From: Carcharhinus longimanus
Taxonomy: Eukaryota
Length of the DNA: 64,000 bases
Direction of reading: 5' to 3'
Assembly: GCA_030264375.1 (NCBI GenBank)
Contig: JASCQW010000137.1
Span: 27,186,299-27,250,298 of the forward strand
Shown piece after piece: positions 1 to 12,460 of this stretch; position 1 is the first letter of the stretch; each line of letters begins with the position of its first letter. The position numbers and the translations under genes were made by a program. The notes under the pieces were generated by a model. The model did no database searches. It worked only from the letters and a program-made list of their open reading frames with translations, and had not been told where the DNA came from.

Positions 1-210
1 GCTCGAAGGGCTAGATGGCCTACTCCTGCTCCTATTTCTTATGTTCTTATGTCCTTTAGGGGAGGAAATCTGCTGTCTTTTCCCAGTCTGGCCTACATGT
101 GACTCGAGTCACAGCAATCTGGTTGATTCTCAACTGCCCTTGGGCAACTAGATATGGGCAATTAATGTTGGCTAGCCAGCTACACCCATGTCCCACGAAT
201 TAATTAAAAA
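1..210 (+). mobile_element. CR1 LINE 3' tail (1-50) followed by the 3' half of a tRNA-derived SINE (51-210)
   Basis: gatggcctactcctgctcctatttcttatgttcttatg is the same tail as at 36270-36317. Bases 51-210 align with the SINE at 9690-9850. Confidence 0.75.
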
Positions 211-1211
211 ATATTAGGACATGTTGTGGCTGCAGTTAAGAGGATGGAAATGCGTTTGGGGGTTTGCTGAAACATGTTTTCTTTGTGCTGTTTTATTGTT
301 TAGTTTTAAGTGAATTTTTTGCTTATACAAATATTGCTTTTTGGACCTTTCAATTTTTTTGAGAAAACTTCAGAAACAAAGATTAAAATTCGTTGATAAT
401 CACCTTTTTTCAATGTATGATTCTACTAGCCATGCCAATATTTTTTTCCAAGAATACAGCTGCCGTTGAGTCGATAGGGAAACAGTGTCCATGAGGACAA
501 AGTGACTATTAAAAGACTGTTGTGGAAAACAATCATGAATTATCTCATTCATTTTGACTGGGAGCAAATGTTGCAGTCAGAGAACTGTATGAACCCTGAG
601 AAACCAATGAGGTGTAGTCAAGGATTGCTTTGTGATTTAATAAAGCGATTTTAAAGCAGAGATGAATTAGCAGCATTTCATGTATGCAACTTGATGCCAT
701 TGGTTTGTAACACTGAGGGTGGCAGAAGTAGCGGGGGGCACTGTGGGGTGTTGGGATGCCACATGGATTAAGTCTGAATACTGTTGAATCTATTAGTGAT
801 ATTTTATTGTGTAAGTCAACACTATGGACTGCAGGGTTTTGTTTTATTAACATGAAGTACAATGCTATTGTTTGCATTGACAATTTAGAAACTAGTACAT
901 TTTCTGAGCATATTGCTTTGTGAAATTGCGTATCTGGTTACTAAAGATGTGCCTTTGAGATCGCCCTAGGAAAACCTGTCTGCAGTCATCAAATTGACAA
1001 CAGTTCAAATGAACATGAACACTATAGTCGTTGTTAAAGCAATTATTAATCACTTTCACGTTGCAAGAGTGAAAGGGGAAGTGAATGGTGAAGTGGCAGC
1101 AATGGTTATTCAAATCATTTTATTACAATGGATGACTGTTTCTCACAAGCAGGACTCTTCCCCTTTACATTTTTGCTCCTCAACAAATTAGCCACCTATT
1201 AATGTCAACAT

Positions 1212-1412
1212 AGTCCAAAGATGTGCAGGTTAGGTTGATTGGCCATGCTAAAATTGCCCTTTAGTGTCCTGAGATGCTTAAGTTAGAGGCATTAGTGGGT
1301 AAAATATGCAGGGACATGGGGTAGGGTCTGGTTGGGATTGTGGACAATGCAGACTCGATGGGCCGAAGGGCCTCTTTCTGCACTGTAGGGTTCTATGGTC
1401 CTGTGATTCTAT
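1212..1412 (+). mobile_element. HE1-like V-SINE, 5'-truncated, CR1-type tail
   Basis: gtccaaagatgtgcaggttaggttgattggccatgctaaa (V-domain end) through gatgggccgaagggcctctttctgcactgtagggttctatg. Confidence 0.85.
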
Positions 1413-1519
1413 AATCCAGTAAAAAAGATGGCCAACTGCAGTTAACATGAATATAGTAAATATCAACATTTCCCTGCACTTAAAATGTAAAGCACCTGTC
1501 TTAGCGACCTTCCTGACTC

Positions 1520-2180
1520 AGGTCAAAGGACAGTACAGCTCTTCGGCCCACCAAGCTTGTACCGATTCCTAGTCTTTATTTAGGCCTACTACTTATTGNN
1601 NNNNNNNNNNNNNNNNNNNNNNNNNNNNNNNNNNNNNNNNNNNNNNNNNNNNNNNTGTAGGTGACCTTTCCACCCTGGAAAAAAGCCTCTGACTATCCAC
1701 TCTGTCTATGCCTCTCATTATCTTGTCATCCCTTAGCTTCTGTCTTTCCAGTGAAAACAATCTGACTTTATCCAAACTATCTTCATACCTGAAACCCTCC
1801 AGAGCAGACAACATCCTGGTAAACCTTCTTTGCATCCTCTCCGAAGCATCCTTCTGGTGGTGTGGAAAGCAGAATTGCATGGAATATTCCAAATGCGCTC
1901 TCACCAAAATTTTATACAGCTGTAACATAACTTGCCAACTTTTATCCTTGATGCCCCGGTCGATGAAGGCAAGTGTGCCATATGCTTTCTTGACCACCGT
2001 ATCCACCTGTGTTGCCACTTTCAGGGATCTGTGGACCTGTACCCCCAGATCCCTGTGTATGTCAGTGCTCCTAAGGGTTCTGCCATTTACTGAATAATTT
2101 GCACTTGAATTTGATTTTCCAAAATGCACCACCTTGTCTTTGTCTGAATTCAACTCCAACTGCCACTTCTCTGCCCAAGT
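1520..2180 (-). mobile_element. CR1 (HER1-like) LINE 3' fragment
   Basis: ORF 1593-2159 carries CR1 ORF2 C-terminal motifs (RDLGVQVHRSLK, VMLQLYKILVRAHLEY, LFSLERQKLR). Contains an N gap. Confidence 0.9.
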
Positions 2181-2239
2181 CAGGTGAGACTCAGGAAGTG
2201 AAGCCCATCCCTGGTTCTAGCAGCCAGGTGTAAAAGATG

Positions 2240-3960
2240 TGTAATGAAGGAAGGTATGGCCCTTTTTTTTTTAACAGGAGGGGGAGTCAGAAATGGAGCG
2301 GGGGGTGATTGTCCGACATCAGCAAGTTGGGAATGTGGGTCAGAGGTGTGAGGCCAGGTCAGTTGTGGGGGAGGTGGTCGTTCAAGTCTGATGGGGTCAT
2401 GTTGAGGGTGAGGAATCCCATGGGGGGAGACAGTTCCCCTTGGGGTGTTTGGGGGTAGGGGGCAGGGGTGGGGGTGTAGTGTTGGAAGAGGTTATGAAAG
2501 TAATGAAGACTGATGCCATGAAGAGAGTTAAATAAAGCCAGGCAGAAGAATTTGAGTAATTGGGTGACCAGGCATCAAAGTATATCAGCACAAACAGAGG
2601 TAATATGGGAGCTATTACTTAGTGCAGATAGAATACAAGCAGCAGAGTTTTGGACAAACCTTGTTTGCAAAGGGCTGGACATAAAGCTGATCATGAGAAC
2701 ATTGAGGTAGTACAATTAAAAACAGAAACTGCTGGAAAATCTCAAGAGGTTTGGCAGCATCTGTGGAGAGAGACACAGCGTTAACGTTTCAAGCCCAGTA
2801 TGATTCTTGGGAAGATTTGAGTCATGTTGGACTTGAAATGTTAACTCTTTTTCTCTCTCCACAGATGCTGCCAGACTTGCCGATTTTTTTTTTCCCAGCA
2901 AGTTCTGTTCTGTTTTTATTTCACATCTCCAGCATCTATGGTGTTTTGCTTTGATTTTGTTGCAACAGTTGAGCCTGGAAGCGGCAAAGATTGGGTGAGG
3001 TTTTCATGAGCCAATGAGTGAAGACAAGCAATGTGAACATAAATGTTCTTTGTAATGGAGAGGCATGACAATAAACATTCAGCACAAAGTTGGAGAGGAT
3101 GCTGAACTGGCAAATGATCTGGAGAAACCTGAGACAGTGGCCAGGACGGGGGAATGGAATCAGTGAGAAGGATAAGGAGTTGTGTTACAATCTAATGATC
3201 GTTACTTTCCTGTTCTCCTGACATTTGCCAGAGGAAGTTGTGACTCATCCACAACTGATGTCAAACAAGCAACCTGACAACAGTGGGGAGATTGAGTGGG
3301 ATTTAATGAAGAAGAAGAACCGGATGTCATCAGCACACGTGTAAAAGCTGACCCCATGTTTGTGGATAATGTTGCCAAAGGACTGCATGTAGACGAGGAA
3401 GTAAAATCTTATGGATTCTTGGCGGACACCAAAGATAATAGTGCAGGGCCCAAAAGAGAAGGCATCGCTTAGAGGTACTCTACTATCAAGAGCGTGTAAG
3501 AGTGGAACGAGAAGGACTGTTCCACTGAGTTGGACATGGGCAAAGTGACGTTAAAGGAGGATGACATGGCTAAGCATGTCATCCTCTCTTAAGGGAACTC
3601 AAATGCGTCATGGACACTTTGACAGTCAATTTCATTTGTGACTTTGATCAATGCAGTTCATGTTGATGTTGCAGAAGTGGAAACCTGATTTGAAAGACTC
3701 GAGTTATTATAAAGAGGGACATGAATTTAGTAGGCAACAGCACATTCAAGAACTTGAAAAGGGAGAGGAAATTGGGAACGCAGCATTAGTTTGCAAGGGC
3801 ATAGAAGTGAAGGGTTTTTTTGATGAGTGATGGTGGCTGTAGTTTTGAAAAGAAGTAGTCTGTATCTGAGCTGTTTACAGTGCTAACCAACACAATGGCC
3901 AAGAAGAAGAGGTGGATGGTTAGCAATTTAGTGAGAATGGGGTTGTGAGCAGAAAATGGA
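2240..3960 (-). mobile_element. Old, degraded L2-clade LINE
   Basis: The minus strand at ~3320-3430 reads like the L2 RT core (...VYMQSFGNIIHKHGVSFYTCADD). Interrupted by the palindromic element at 2718-2960. Confidence 0.65.
2718..2960. mobile_element. Palindromic Penelope-derived terminal repeat pair
   Basis: Arms aaaacagaaactgctggaaaatc...ggcagcatctgtggagagaga...gttaacgtttcaag and cttgaaatgttaac...tctctctccacagatgctgccaga...ccagca are reverse complements. Same family as 33113-33247. Confidence 0.75.
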
Positions 3961-6900
3961 TCCCATGGTTAAGATGAGAAAGAATCAGAGAAAGAATTGC
4001 ACTAAATGAGAGCAGGTTGCAGACAAGTTCTGAGAAATATGTGAAGAAAATGGAAATATCTGGGAGGCAAACAGAGAATAAAAGAGGGAAACTAAAACTG
4101 AAAATGAACAAAGATGAAAGGAGAAAGAAGTCAAATATAAAGATATTAACATAAATATAATTTTCTAAATTTTGTTCCTGAACAATGTATAATGCCACTG
4201 CCATTGTAATAGATCAAGTCTCATTTTATGATCGATTAGCACAGTGTAAGCAATGTTACTGGATATTTTCACAAGTCAGTAATGTTTGCACCACTTTAAT
4301 GGATTAGACACAACGTTGAACAAGAAAGTTAAAATGTACTGAGTTAATGTAATATTTAATTACAAATATATTTACATTACAGTGTATTTTTTAATTCAAT
4401 ATTTTAAAAAAAGGATTTTCCACATCTCAAAAATCTATTAGCTTGTTTCTGTATTTTGAACTGTAAAATCTTTTAGTGTGACTTTATGACTGCTGAACTC
4501 AGCATAATGATTGGCAATCCAGTGTAATTTTGCACTGGTATGGTTAATGTTTGACACTATGGTAGCTAGCACATTGGTTCAGAGCTCTAGCAAGCAACAC
4601 CTCGTANNNNNNNNNNNNNNNNNNNNNNNNNNNNNNNNNNNNNNNNNNNNNNNNNNNNNNNNNNNNNNNNNNNNNNNNNNNNNNNNNNNNNNNNNNNNNN
4701 NNNNNNTAGAAAGACACAGGTTCAAGCCTGTAGCTCTGACCATGTGAGTTTTCAGTCACTAACTTGCTGCTGTTCAGAGACCTGGCACTGCCCCACAGTA
4801 GTAAGAGCCAAGGGCCATTTTCACCATCAAAACTGCTGCCATACATATAAGAGATGCTTAAAGAGCAGAATTGTAAGAAGCTCTCAGCTAAGCTCCAAAG
4901 TCATGAGAGGAAAAGTGTTCTTTACATAATATGGTTAGAAATAGGACTTTGCATGTTTTGGTCCTGCTACAGTGCTCTCTGGTGGTATAGTTTAGCTTTA
5001 ATGTTTAAATCACTCAACTGCATGGTCGGAATCTTAATTGGGTAGATTTTCTTTTGTGGACTGAAGTTTTTGTACCAAGCATTGGAGGAGGGAGGTGCAT
5101 TGTGGGGGGTGGCAGTGGGGGTGCATTGTTGGGGGTGACCACTCACAAGGAGTTGGAAGCAGCAAGTGCTGGGGAGAAAAGTGATGAACATTGTTGATGT
5201 TATAGAAAGATGGGATTGGTTGACTAAACAGGGATGTAAGATGCAGAAGAGGGATTGTCCTTCCCCAGCTGATACTGGTGGAAAATTGAACAACATTTTA
5301 TAATTGCAATCTCTTTGACATGCACAGAGCAGCATAAATGTAACACATTGATACGTATTGGAAGTTGTAATTTACTGGGATTTTTGGCGCCAACATGACT
5401 GAAACACAGTTACTATCATGTCATTATACACTCACTATGGTTAAGTGTTGATGTGTCATTAACTTGTATTAAATATTTACTTCACAGCTAACATGGGCTT
5501 AAATATTTGTGTGACTTGATGTGAATGCAATTACACCTCATAACGTTGAGTTTTTTTTTGCCGGATTGCACATTCAGGTTCATCAAATCTGTTGGATTAT
5601 TAACCAGAGATCAACCTGTGTCAAGGGTGTTAATCTCTTACTTTAAGAAATACAATACTGGAGATTTCAAAGAATTCTATCAGGTGTTAAATGAACAACC
5701 AAGAATCAAAAATTGGAACACAAAGCCGAAGACATGACCCTAAAGTGCATTCATTTGAACGACAGAACATTCAAAAATCCTCCAAATGGTGAATTACTCA
5801 TGTAGTAGTGCTGTCATGGAATAAAGTGAAGCCCAAAGACTTCTTTGTTGGGAATCAGTAAATCAAAAAATATCAACAAAACTCCTTTAAGCATGTTTGT
5901 CAATAATGGTGAAATATGGACAGAACTCAAGGGACATTGTTGTCTCCATAGCTTTGCAGTGACATGGGGTATTTTGGAGAAGGGAAACAAAGCATTAATT
6001 AATTGAAGTGCCTGAAACTTTTCCAATAATTTCAAACAAATACAGCACAATTTGTTTTAAGAGCTTTGGTGCATTGATTGTGTCTTAAAAGTGCACAGTT
6101 TCTCCTACCTTTAATTGTCCTTGGAAACCTTCTGTCCTGGTGGCGCGTGGAGTCCAAGGAACATAATATAGGAGGAGTGTCAGTTTCTGGTTATGCCAAG
6201 GCTAACTGTAAATAGAGATAATTATATAATTACAGTTATTGCACCGAAAAGAGATGAAAAAGGCATATTGAATTGCCTAAAATAGCTCACTCGCTTAATA
6301 CTTTGTAAGTGTTGCCTTTCTAATTGATGGAAACAGTTATGGGAGATTGTATGCTTCTTGAAATTCTGTCCAACCCTCCAGTATTCAGTTGACGTTGAGG
6401 TTGAGGATAGTTTAGGTTATAGTTTCTGGCTGAGAGTGAATAAATACAACCTATAACTATTATTCCAACTATATAATTTGTTTTCTGTTGCTAACGAGGC
6501 AGTGTTTTTTTTTAAAGTACGCTGTAAAGTGGAGCCCACTTCAGGTTTTGCTGTTTTCTGATGAGGAGTTGTCTGTTGTTTTGCACAGAATAAATGATAG
6601 AGTGGGAGTGTGTGAGAAGCCAGGAATACTTTCAGCTGTATTGGTGGACTAACGATAGGAAATCGTGAGGACCCAGCAACAGTGACACATTTAAAAAAAA
6701 ATTTTGTAAAACAGACCTGAATGATGCTTTGTTTCTGGTGATGTTAAGTGGGCAAATGCAGTGTGTTGAGCACACTATTATATGTAGGCGGGCAGATTAA
6801 CTTGCTTTGCTGATCTGTGTGATACATTAATGTGGGCAGGGAAATAAGAATTTCTTTTTAGAATAATTATCCAAACATTGCTGTTGAGAAGATAATGACT

Positions 6901-6989
6901 AAATCTTCCAAGGAGCACCAATCACCATCAGATTTCCACTCCACCTTTCCTTTTTTTGCACTAAGATGGACTTCTGCATTTCTGACCTG

Positions 6990-7720
6990 AAATTTCGAAT
7001 CAGGCACTACTGAAATGTGGAGCTTACCTATTCTGGAAACCTGTGTTTGTGGAGCAAGATTGGCAGGGGTGACCAAACCCTACCCCCTTTTTATTGCACT
7101 TATGTTAAGTAGAGAGTTTAAAGGTCCCAAAGCTTCTTTGGGAAGCTCCAGAGGGAAGATAAGTATGTTGGGTGAATGGGTGAAGGGAGTAGGTGGCAGG
7201 TGGGTAGGTTGGAGTTCGGGTGGCAGGTTGGTGGGTGAGGTGAAAGGATGGCAGGTGAGTGGGTGCGGGGTAGGGTGGCAAGTGGTAAGAGTATAGCCTG
7301 GCAGGTGGATGGCTGAACTGGTAAGATGACTCAGAGGTTGGAGGGAGTAGAGTGATTAGATGGGTTTGGTAGTGGTCTGGTAGTTGGGCCAAGGATAGTT
7401 GGGTGGTCATGGAGGTGACGTGGGTAGTGGGGTTGGGGGGGCAAGCTGTCTTGGGCATGGCTGGTAGACGGGATGTCCAATGGGAGTTGGGGGCTCAGTA
7501 ACATAGGCTACCCAGGAGTTAGAACTAAACTGAATCCTTTTAACTTTTGCCTGGATAACTGTTTTGCTAAGTGAGTCAAAACCATCCGAAGTATCCGATT
7601 CCGTAATTCATGAGTTTCAGATGGTTCCAAACACAGGGAAGTTGCCCATCTGAACTTCCAAATTTTTCGTAGTCTGGGGTACCAAGAACCAGAGATCAGG
7701 AACTCTGGTTCAGTATTTTA
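6990..7720. repeat. Unclassified interspersed repeat with G-rich core and nested hairpins (copy 1)
   Basis: Shares ggagca(a)gatt...gtttaaaggtc, a G-rich spacer, tacccagg/aagttaga and accatccgaa...ttcagatggttcc blocks with 23735-24270 and 48065-48660. Confidence 0.55.
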
Positions 7721-9519
7721 CAGGGAATATAAAATCTACAAAGCAATGCATTGTTTGTTACACGAGAAGGAGTTAGACTGCTTCAATTAGTAAATATAGC
7801 TTCTGGATTTTGTAATGTTTTAAAAACTTCCTTGAAAGATAATCTTACAGCACTGTCAATTATTTATTTGTATAACATGGATTCAGAGTGTAAGGTAGTA
7901 AGAAAGTGTAGCAGTTTAAAAAAATATATAAAGCTACTCACAGACTTTGAAGGATGCTGAGGAAATCAGTATTGCCTGGGAAGTGTTGGAAAGAACTCGG
8001 TTGAAAGGAAATGTTTTAGAGGAACTAAAGAGAAGCTGAAATTTAATAAAGAGCTGACATTTTACTGATGGATATGATTAGTTGTGGTGGTGGACTGGAG
8101 GGTAGCCATACCTGGTACTGGAGTTTTCTCAAACAGGTTTTAGAATTCTATCCATGGAATCTGTCAAATAAAGAATAAAATGTGAAGTGGGCTTTAAGCT
8201 GCTTGACAAATTCACTATCATCCTAAACTGAGAAGAAAATGTTACTGACAATCATTGGTATTTTAGGTGGTATTTCCCACCCCTTTCCTGTACTCAGTCT
8301 CCCTACCCAAAACACTTTTAGCTAACTCTGAAGTTTGACAGATGACCTGTTCCTGGGTCTCTACCAATTCATTCCAAACTCACTGCAGGGGACAGCACAA
8401 ATGCAGCATGTCAAACAAGCCATGTACTCGTGACTTGGTTACATACGTGAAGGCAGTTTGTATGGGGGGATAATTGCATTGGAGGGTAAGAAAATAGCGG
8501 AATGGACTGTGCATGCTCCAGCATCCAATATATTTTTTCATAAAATGGTGATTCCGTATGCTGTACACATAATAATGCTAAAAAGTAGTGCCACAGTCCC
8601 ATCCACCCTTGCTTTGCGCCTCACCACCGGCGCGGTCTCCGCTTTTTTTGTCCTGTTTCTGTTTGATCCACCAACAGTCGCTCTTTGTTTATTGGGCATA
8701 CAGCATGGGGGTGAGCTGCAATTTAATTGTCCTCCATCACTGAACCCTTGTCCCATTGATAACCCATACAAGCCGGTACTTTCAATGCCTGCACTATTTG
8801 TTTTCTGCAGATTTTGTCCCCACCGATTGTTTAACTTATCAGCAGCCTGGCCGCGGGTCACAAAATAACCAAACCATGGTGTAAAAGATAGTTCATCCAA
8901 TCACCTTTATGTTTTTGGTAGCCATTCTCACACATTCAGTCTTTGTTTGTGTGCAGCCAACCCGACGCTTTCCTCATTGTTTTCCACCTTTTCAGTATGC
9001 AAGTTTATTTAGGGAGACCAGGTGTGCAGTTATTTCCATTTGTTTTTTCTTGTCTTTTTCAGAGGAATGGAGGGTTTGTGTAACCTTTCAGTTTTCTTTG
9101 CCTGCATTTTTGAATGCTTGCCTTCTGAATTCTTGAAACAGCCAACCTTCTCCCTGCATCCCTTTTTGTAGTTTTGCACACATTTAGACGCAGTCTGCTC
9201 ACAGTCGTGCATTTTTGTAAAACAGAAATTGAGCAAGTTGTAAACATTTTGTCAAGCCCTTGTAATTTGGGTTCTTCAATTTTTTGCATCGAGCTCTCGT
9301 TTTCACATTCCATTTTTGTTTGAATTCCCAGGAAGTTTTCAGTGTTCTGAAGGCTTTCTGTTGAAAGCTGGCGGCAGGAGAAATTGACACTATATTTTCC
9401 AAGAGAGAACTGGGGGAGAAAAATACATTTCTGCAAATGGCACATTTATTCATTTTGTCTATTTTTCATTTTTTATTAGCTTTATCTCTGTTGTATGGAT
9501 ACTTTTTAATTGGAGAAGG

Positions 9520-9850
9520 CGGAGACATTGTGGTATTGTCACTGGATGAGTAATCCAAGCACCCCGGGTAATGCACTGGGGACCCGGGTTCAAATCCCAG
9601 CATGGCAGATGATGAAATTTGAATTCAATTAAAACCTAATGATGACCATGAAACCATTGTTGTAAAGAAGCTCATCTGGTTTACTAAGGCCTTTTAGGAA
9701 AGGAAATCGACATCTTTACCTAGTCTGGCCTACACGTGACTTCAGAACCACAGCAACATGGTTAACTCTTAAATGCCCTCCGAAAATGGCCTAGCAAGCC
9801 ATTCATTTCAAGGGCAAACAACACCCACGCCCCATAAATGAACAAAAAGT
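9520..9850 (+). mobile_element. Full-length tRNA-derived SINE (non-V family)
   Basis: tRNA-like head with B box gggttcaaatccc (~9586-9598), body gatgaccatgaaaccattgt...tctggcctacacgtgact, A-rich end. The tail resembles the LINE 3' ends at 24935-25170 and 29300-29600. Confidence 0.8.
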
Positions 9851-10784
9851 AAAATGGTCGATAGTGTGAAAGAGCACCATACAGATCATATCCGGCGCCA
9901 TCTCTGTATCTAAGCGAGAGGCATGCAAAATCAGATCATTATCTACCATAAAGTTTGTGCTTGCAATGATGTTTGTTCCTTCCTTCCTTATTCATCTGTG
10001 GACTGGATTGCAAAGATGTGAAAGAACAGTTGGTCCCTTTACTTGGTGACTCTGGTAAACACCCTCTCATTTTATCTCCATTTATGCATTGTGGCTCCCT
10101 CACAATAAGGAGAAGAAAATATCATGATGGTGACCCACCATCACCCAATTGTAATGACTGCTTTGTGGTACCACCTCAATGGGAATTCTAAAATACATTT
10201 AGTCACATGTAAGTGTACATTTTTGCTGATGTTCATTGATTCTCCCTGAATTTTAGAATTTTAATCTTTAGGGTGACAAACCCTAAATCTTGACTATGAT
10301 TGCCATCACAAAATTCTGGAAAGATAAGTTGGGCGCTGCAACTTATTTCTGATACGCAAAGTATTTTAATTGAGCATCAATATTTATAAAAGTTTCAAAG
10401 ACTATAAAATATGTTTATGCAATTTTCGAACAATAGTAAACAGAAATCATGACATAAATATTGGTTTAATGGCATTGATATTTCACTGAAAAGGTACTGA
10501 TGTCATTACTTTCTTCCCAGTTTATGGTACAAGTATGTCAGCAAATTACATAATTTTATGATTCATCACTCTCAATCTTGCAATATTCATTTGGCCTAAT
10601 CTAAATTTGATTACTTTGCCCTGTTCCCCAAATTATTATGTTAAGACAGATTGTCAAGCAGAAGTAATTGAAAAAGCAGGAAGTTATAAATTGGAAGTCA
10701 GTGGGACTGGAGTTTGAAAATGCTGAGGAAACAATTTCTGTTTAATTGAACCATCTTTTTAGCTGTTGTCATTAGTGTTCCTGG

Positions 10785-11058
10785 ATGGCAGGGTAGTACA
10801 GTGATTAGTAGTGCTGCTTCAGAGTGCCCGGGACTTGGGTCCAATTCCAGGCTTGGGCCACTTTCTGTGTAGAGTTTATGTGTTCTTCCTGTGTCTGTGT
10901 GGGTTTCCTCCGGGTGCTCCAGTTTCCTCCCACGTTCTGAAAAACGTACTGGTTAGGTGCAGTGACCCGGACTGCAGCGACGAGGGGAATTTCACAGTAA
11001 CTTCATTGCAGTGTTAATGTAAGCCTTACTTGTGACTGATAAATAAACTTTAAAAAAA
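10785..11058 (+). mobile_element. V-SINE, second tail type
   Basis: tRNA head, V-domain gggtttcctccgggtgctccagtttcctccc, tail ttcacagtaacttcattgcagtgttaatgtaagcc...aataaact. Confidence 0.85.
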
Positions 11059-11369
11059 TTTGGGATGAAAAAGTTGGCATCAAAATATATTTACAAGTCT
11101 CCAAGTCAGTTTGTGCAATCTTGTAGTCATAGGCTTGTTATGTTTTTGTGTAAAATTTCCAAAAACAGATTGCAACAATGTCACAATGAACTCGTACAGT
11201 TTTTATTATGAGTCTTTTGTGACAGTGACGAAGGGGAGATAATGACTATTAGGTGCAGCGACTTTCATACAGTTTGGATTAGGTGTTGTGCTTTTTGAAA
11301 TTGTAAAAAATGCCTTTTGTTGAATATATGCAATGAAATATAAATGAATGATCTTTTCTTTTATTGTAG

Positions 11370-11437
11370 GAATGCTAGTGGTTATTGTATTGCTGCTGAT
11401 TGCCATTGTTGTGGTTGCTGTCTGGCCAACAAGTTAA
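11370..11437 (+). CDS. STX8: Syntaxin-8 terminal coding exon (C-terminal transmembrane anchor); upstream exons not found in the window
   Basis: Pyrimidine tract plus acceptor (cttttcttttattgtAG, AG at 11368-11369), phase 1, reads (G)MLVVIVLLLIAIVVVAVWPTS-TAA followed by TGA. Matches the vertebrate STX8 C-terminus as I recall it (GMIMVILLLLVAIVVVAVWPTN), and STX8 is the convergent neighbour of NTN1 in human. Confidence 0.93.
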
Positions 11438-12460
11438 TGAAGCAGTACCAGCACAGAACTACTGTCCTCGAAGAATATGGATTAGACACTAAGACTGAGA
11501 AGTGAGCAACGTGTTCTTCCTGAGATCACCAGGATGAGATTGGAATAAGTAGTCCTAATGCAGCAGCGGAATATGTTTTAATGTGTTTAATGTGCTATTC
11601 TATTATCTGACACTTGGATTAAGTCAAGATTGAAACAAACTCATTTATCTCATTTCTTACAGTACAATTTCTATTTCTGATTTTATTTTCTGCCTTAAAT
11701 TCAAAAATTAGGGTTGTAATTCTGAGTTGCTGAGTAATGTAGCATCTATGGCCTGTAACTAATAGCTTCTAGTTATCTTAGAGTTCTGAGCATTTTACAG
11801 CCTCTTACAGTTCCTCAATCTGCATGTACATATTCTTTTATCTTTAAAAAAATTGAGGAACACTCTGAATTTCAGCACTTTATATTTTTGGTTTAGCTTC
11901 AGCAACAGAAGCATTGTATATTGATTAAATGCAGAGAAGATTGTTTAAATGAAGTAAACAGTTAACTAATAGCATGCTTAAAACAGTTTTACTTTGTTTT
12001 GTTACTTCTGTTCTCTCATTCCCCTTTGCTGCATTTTCCGATTATAATTTTATTTCTGTTTAAATGAGGTGGCCGTGATTATTTAAAATCCTCAAACAGC
12101 CTTGTTCAATAAGGCAGTTTCTAATGGCTCACATTATTGCTCTCCTTTCCCAGGGAAAATGCTTTTCTCATTGCCCGCGAGGTCAGTGAAGGGGCTCTTG
12201 GTAGGGCACAGGGAGTGTGTGCTATCTCACTGCCTGTAAACAGTGTTACTGTTCACACGCTTTCGTGAAATTGAAACTTGGAACAAATTGCTTTCAGTGT
12301 GGAAATTCCAATCTAGCAGAGCCTAATTACAAACCAATTCTCTATAATTTGGTGACATTTTATTGTCTTCGCTTTTACGTTTTTATGCATTCAACTTTTA
12401 TAAGCATTTAGTAAAAGTATTTGCAATAATGGCCAGTAAATAAAATATTTTTCGACTATT
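11438..12460 (+). other. STX8: Probable STX8 3' UTR; candidate polyA signals ATTAAA 11924-11929 and AATAAA 12439-12444
   Basis: AT-rich sequence without recognisable TEs after the stop. The hexamers are visible but usage is unknown. Confidence 0.3.

Noticed and set aside
8458-9453. Several overlapping 120-136 aa ORFs on both strands
   Set aside because: No recognisable domain and no consistent exon structure. Treated as non-coding.
9520-9610. tRNA-like A/B boxes here and at the heads of V-SINEs
   Set aside because: They continue into SINE bodies and do not form a complete cloverleaf, so they are not tRNA genes.
9894-9906. GGCGCCATCTCTG, a partial CTCF/YY1-like motif
   Set aside because: A single imperfect match, not distinguishable from chance without ChIP or conservation data.
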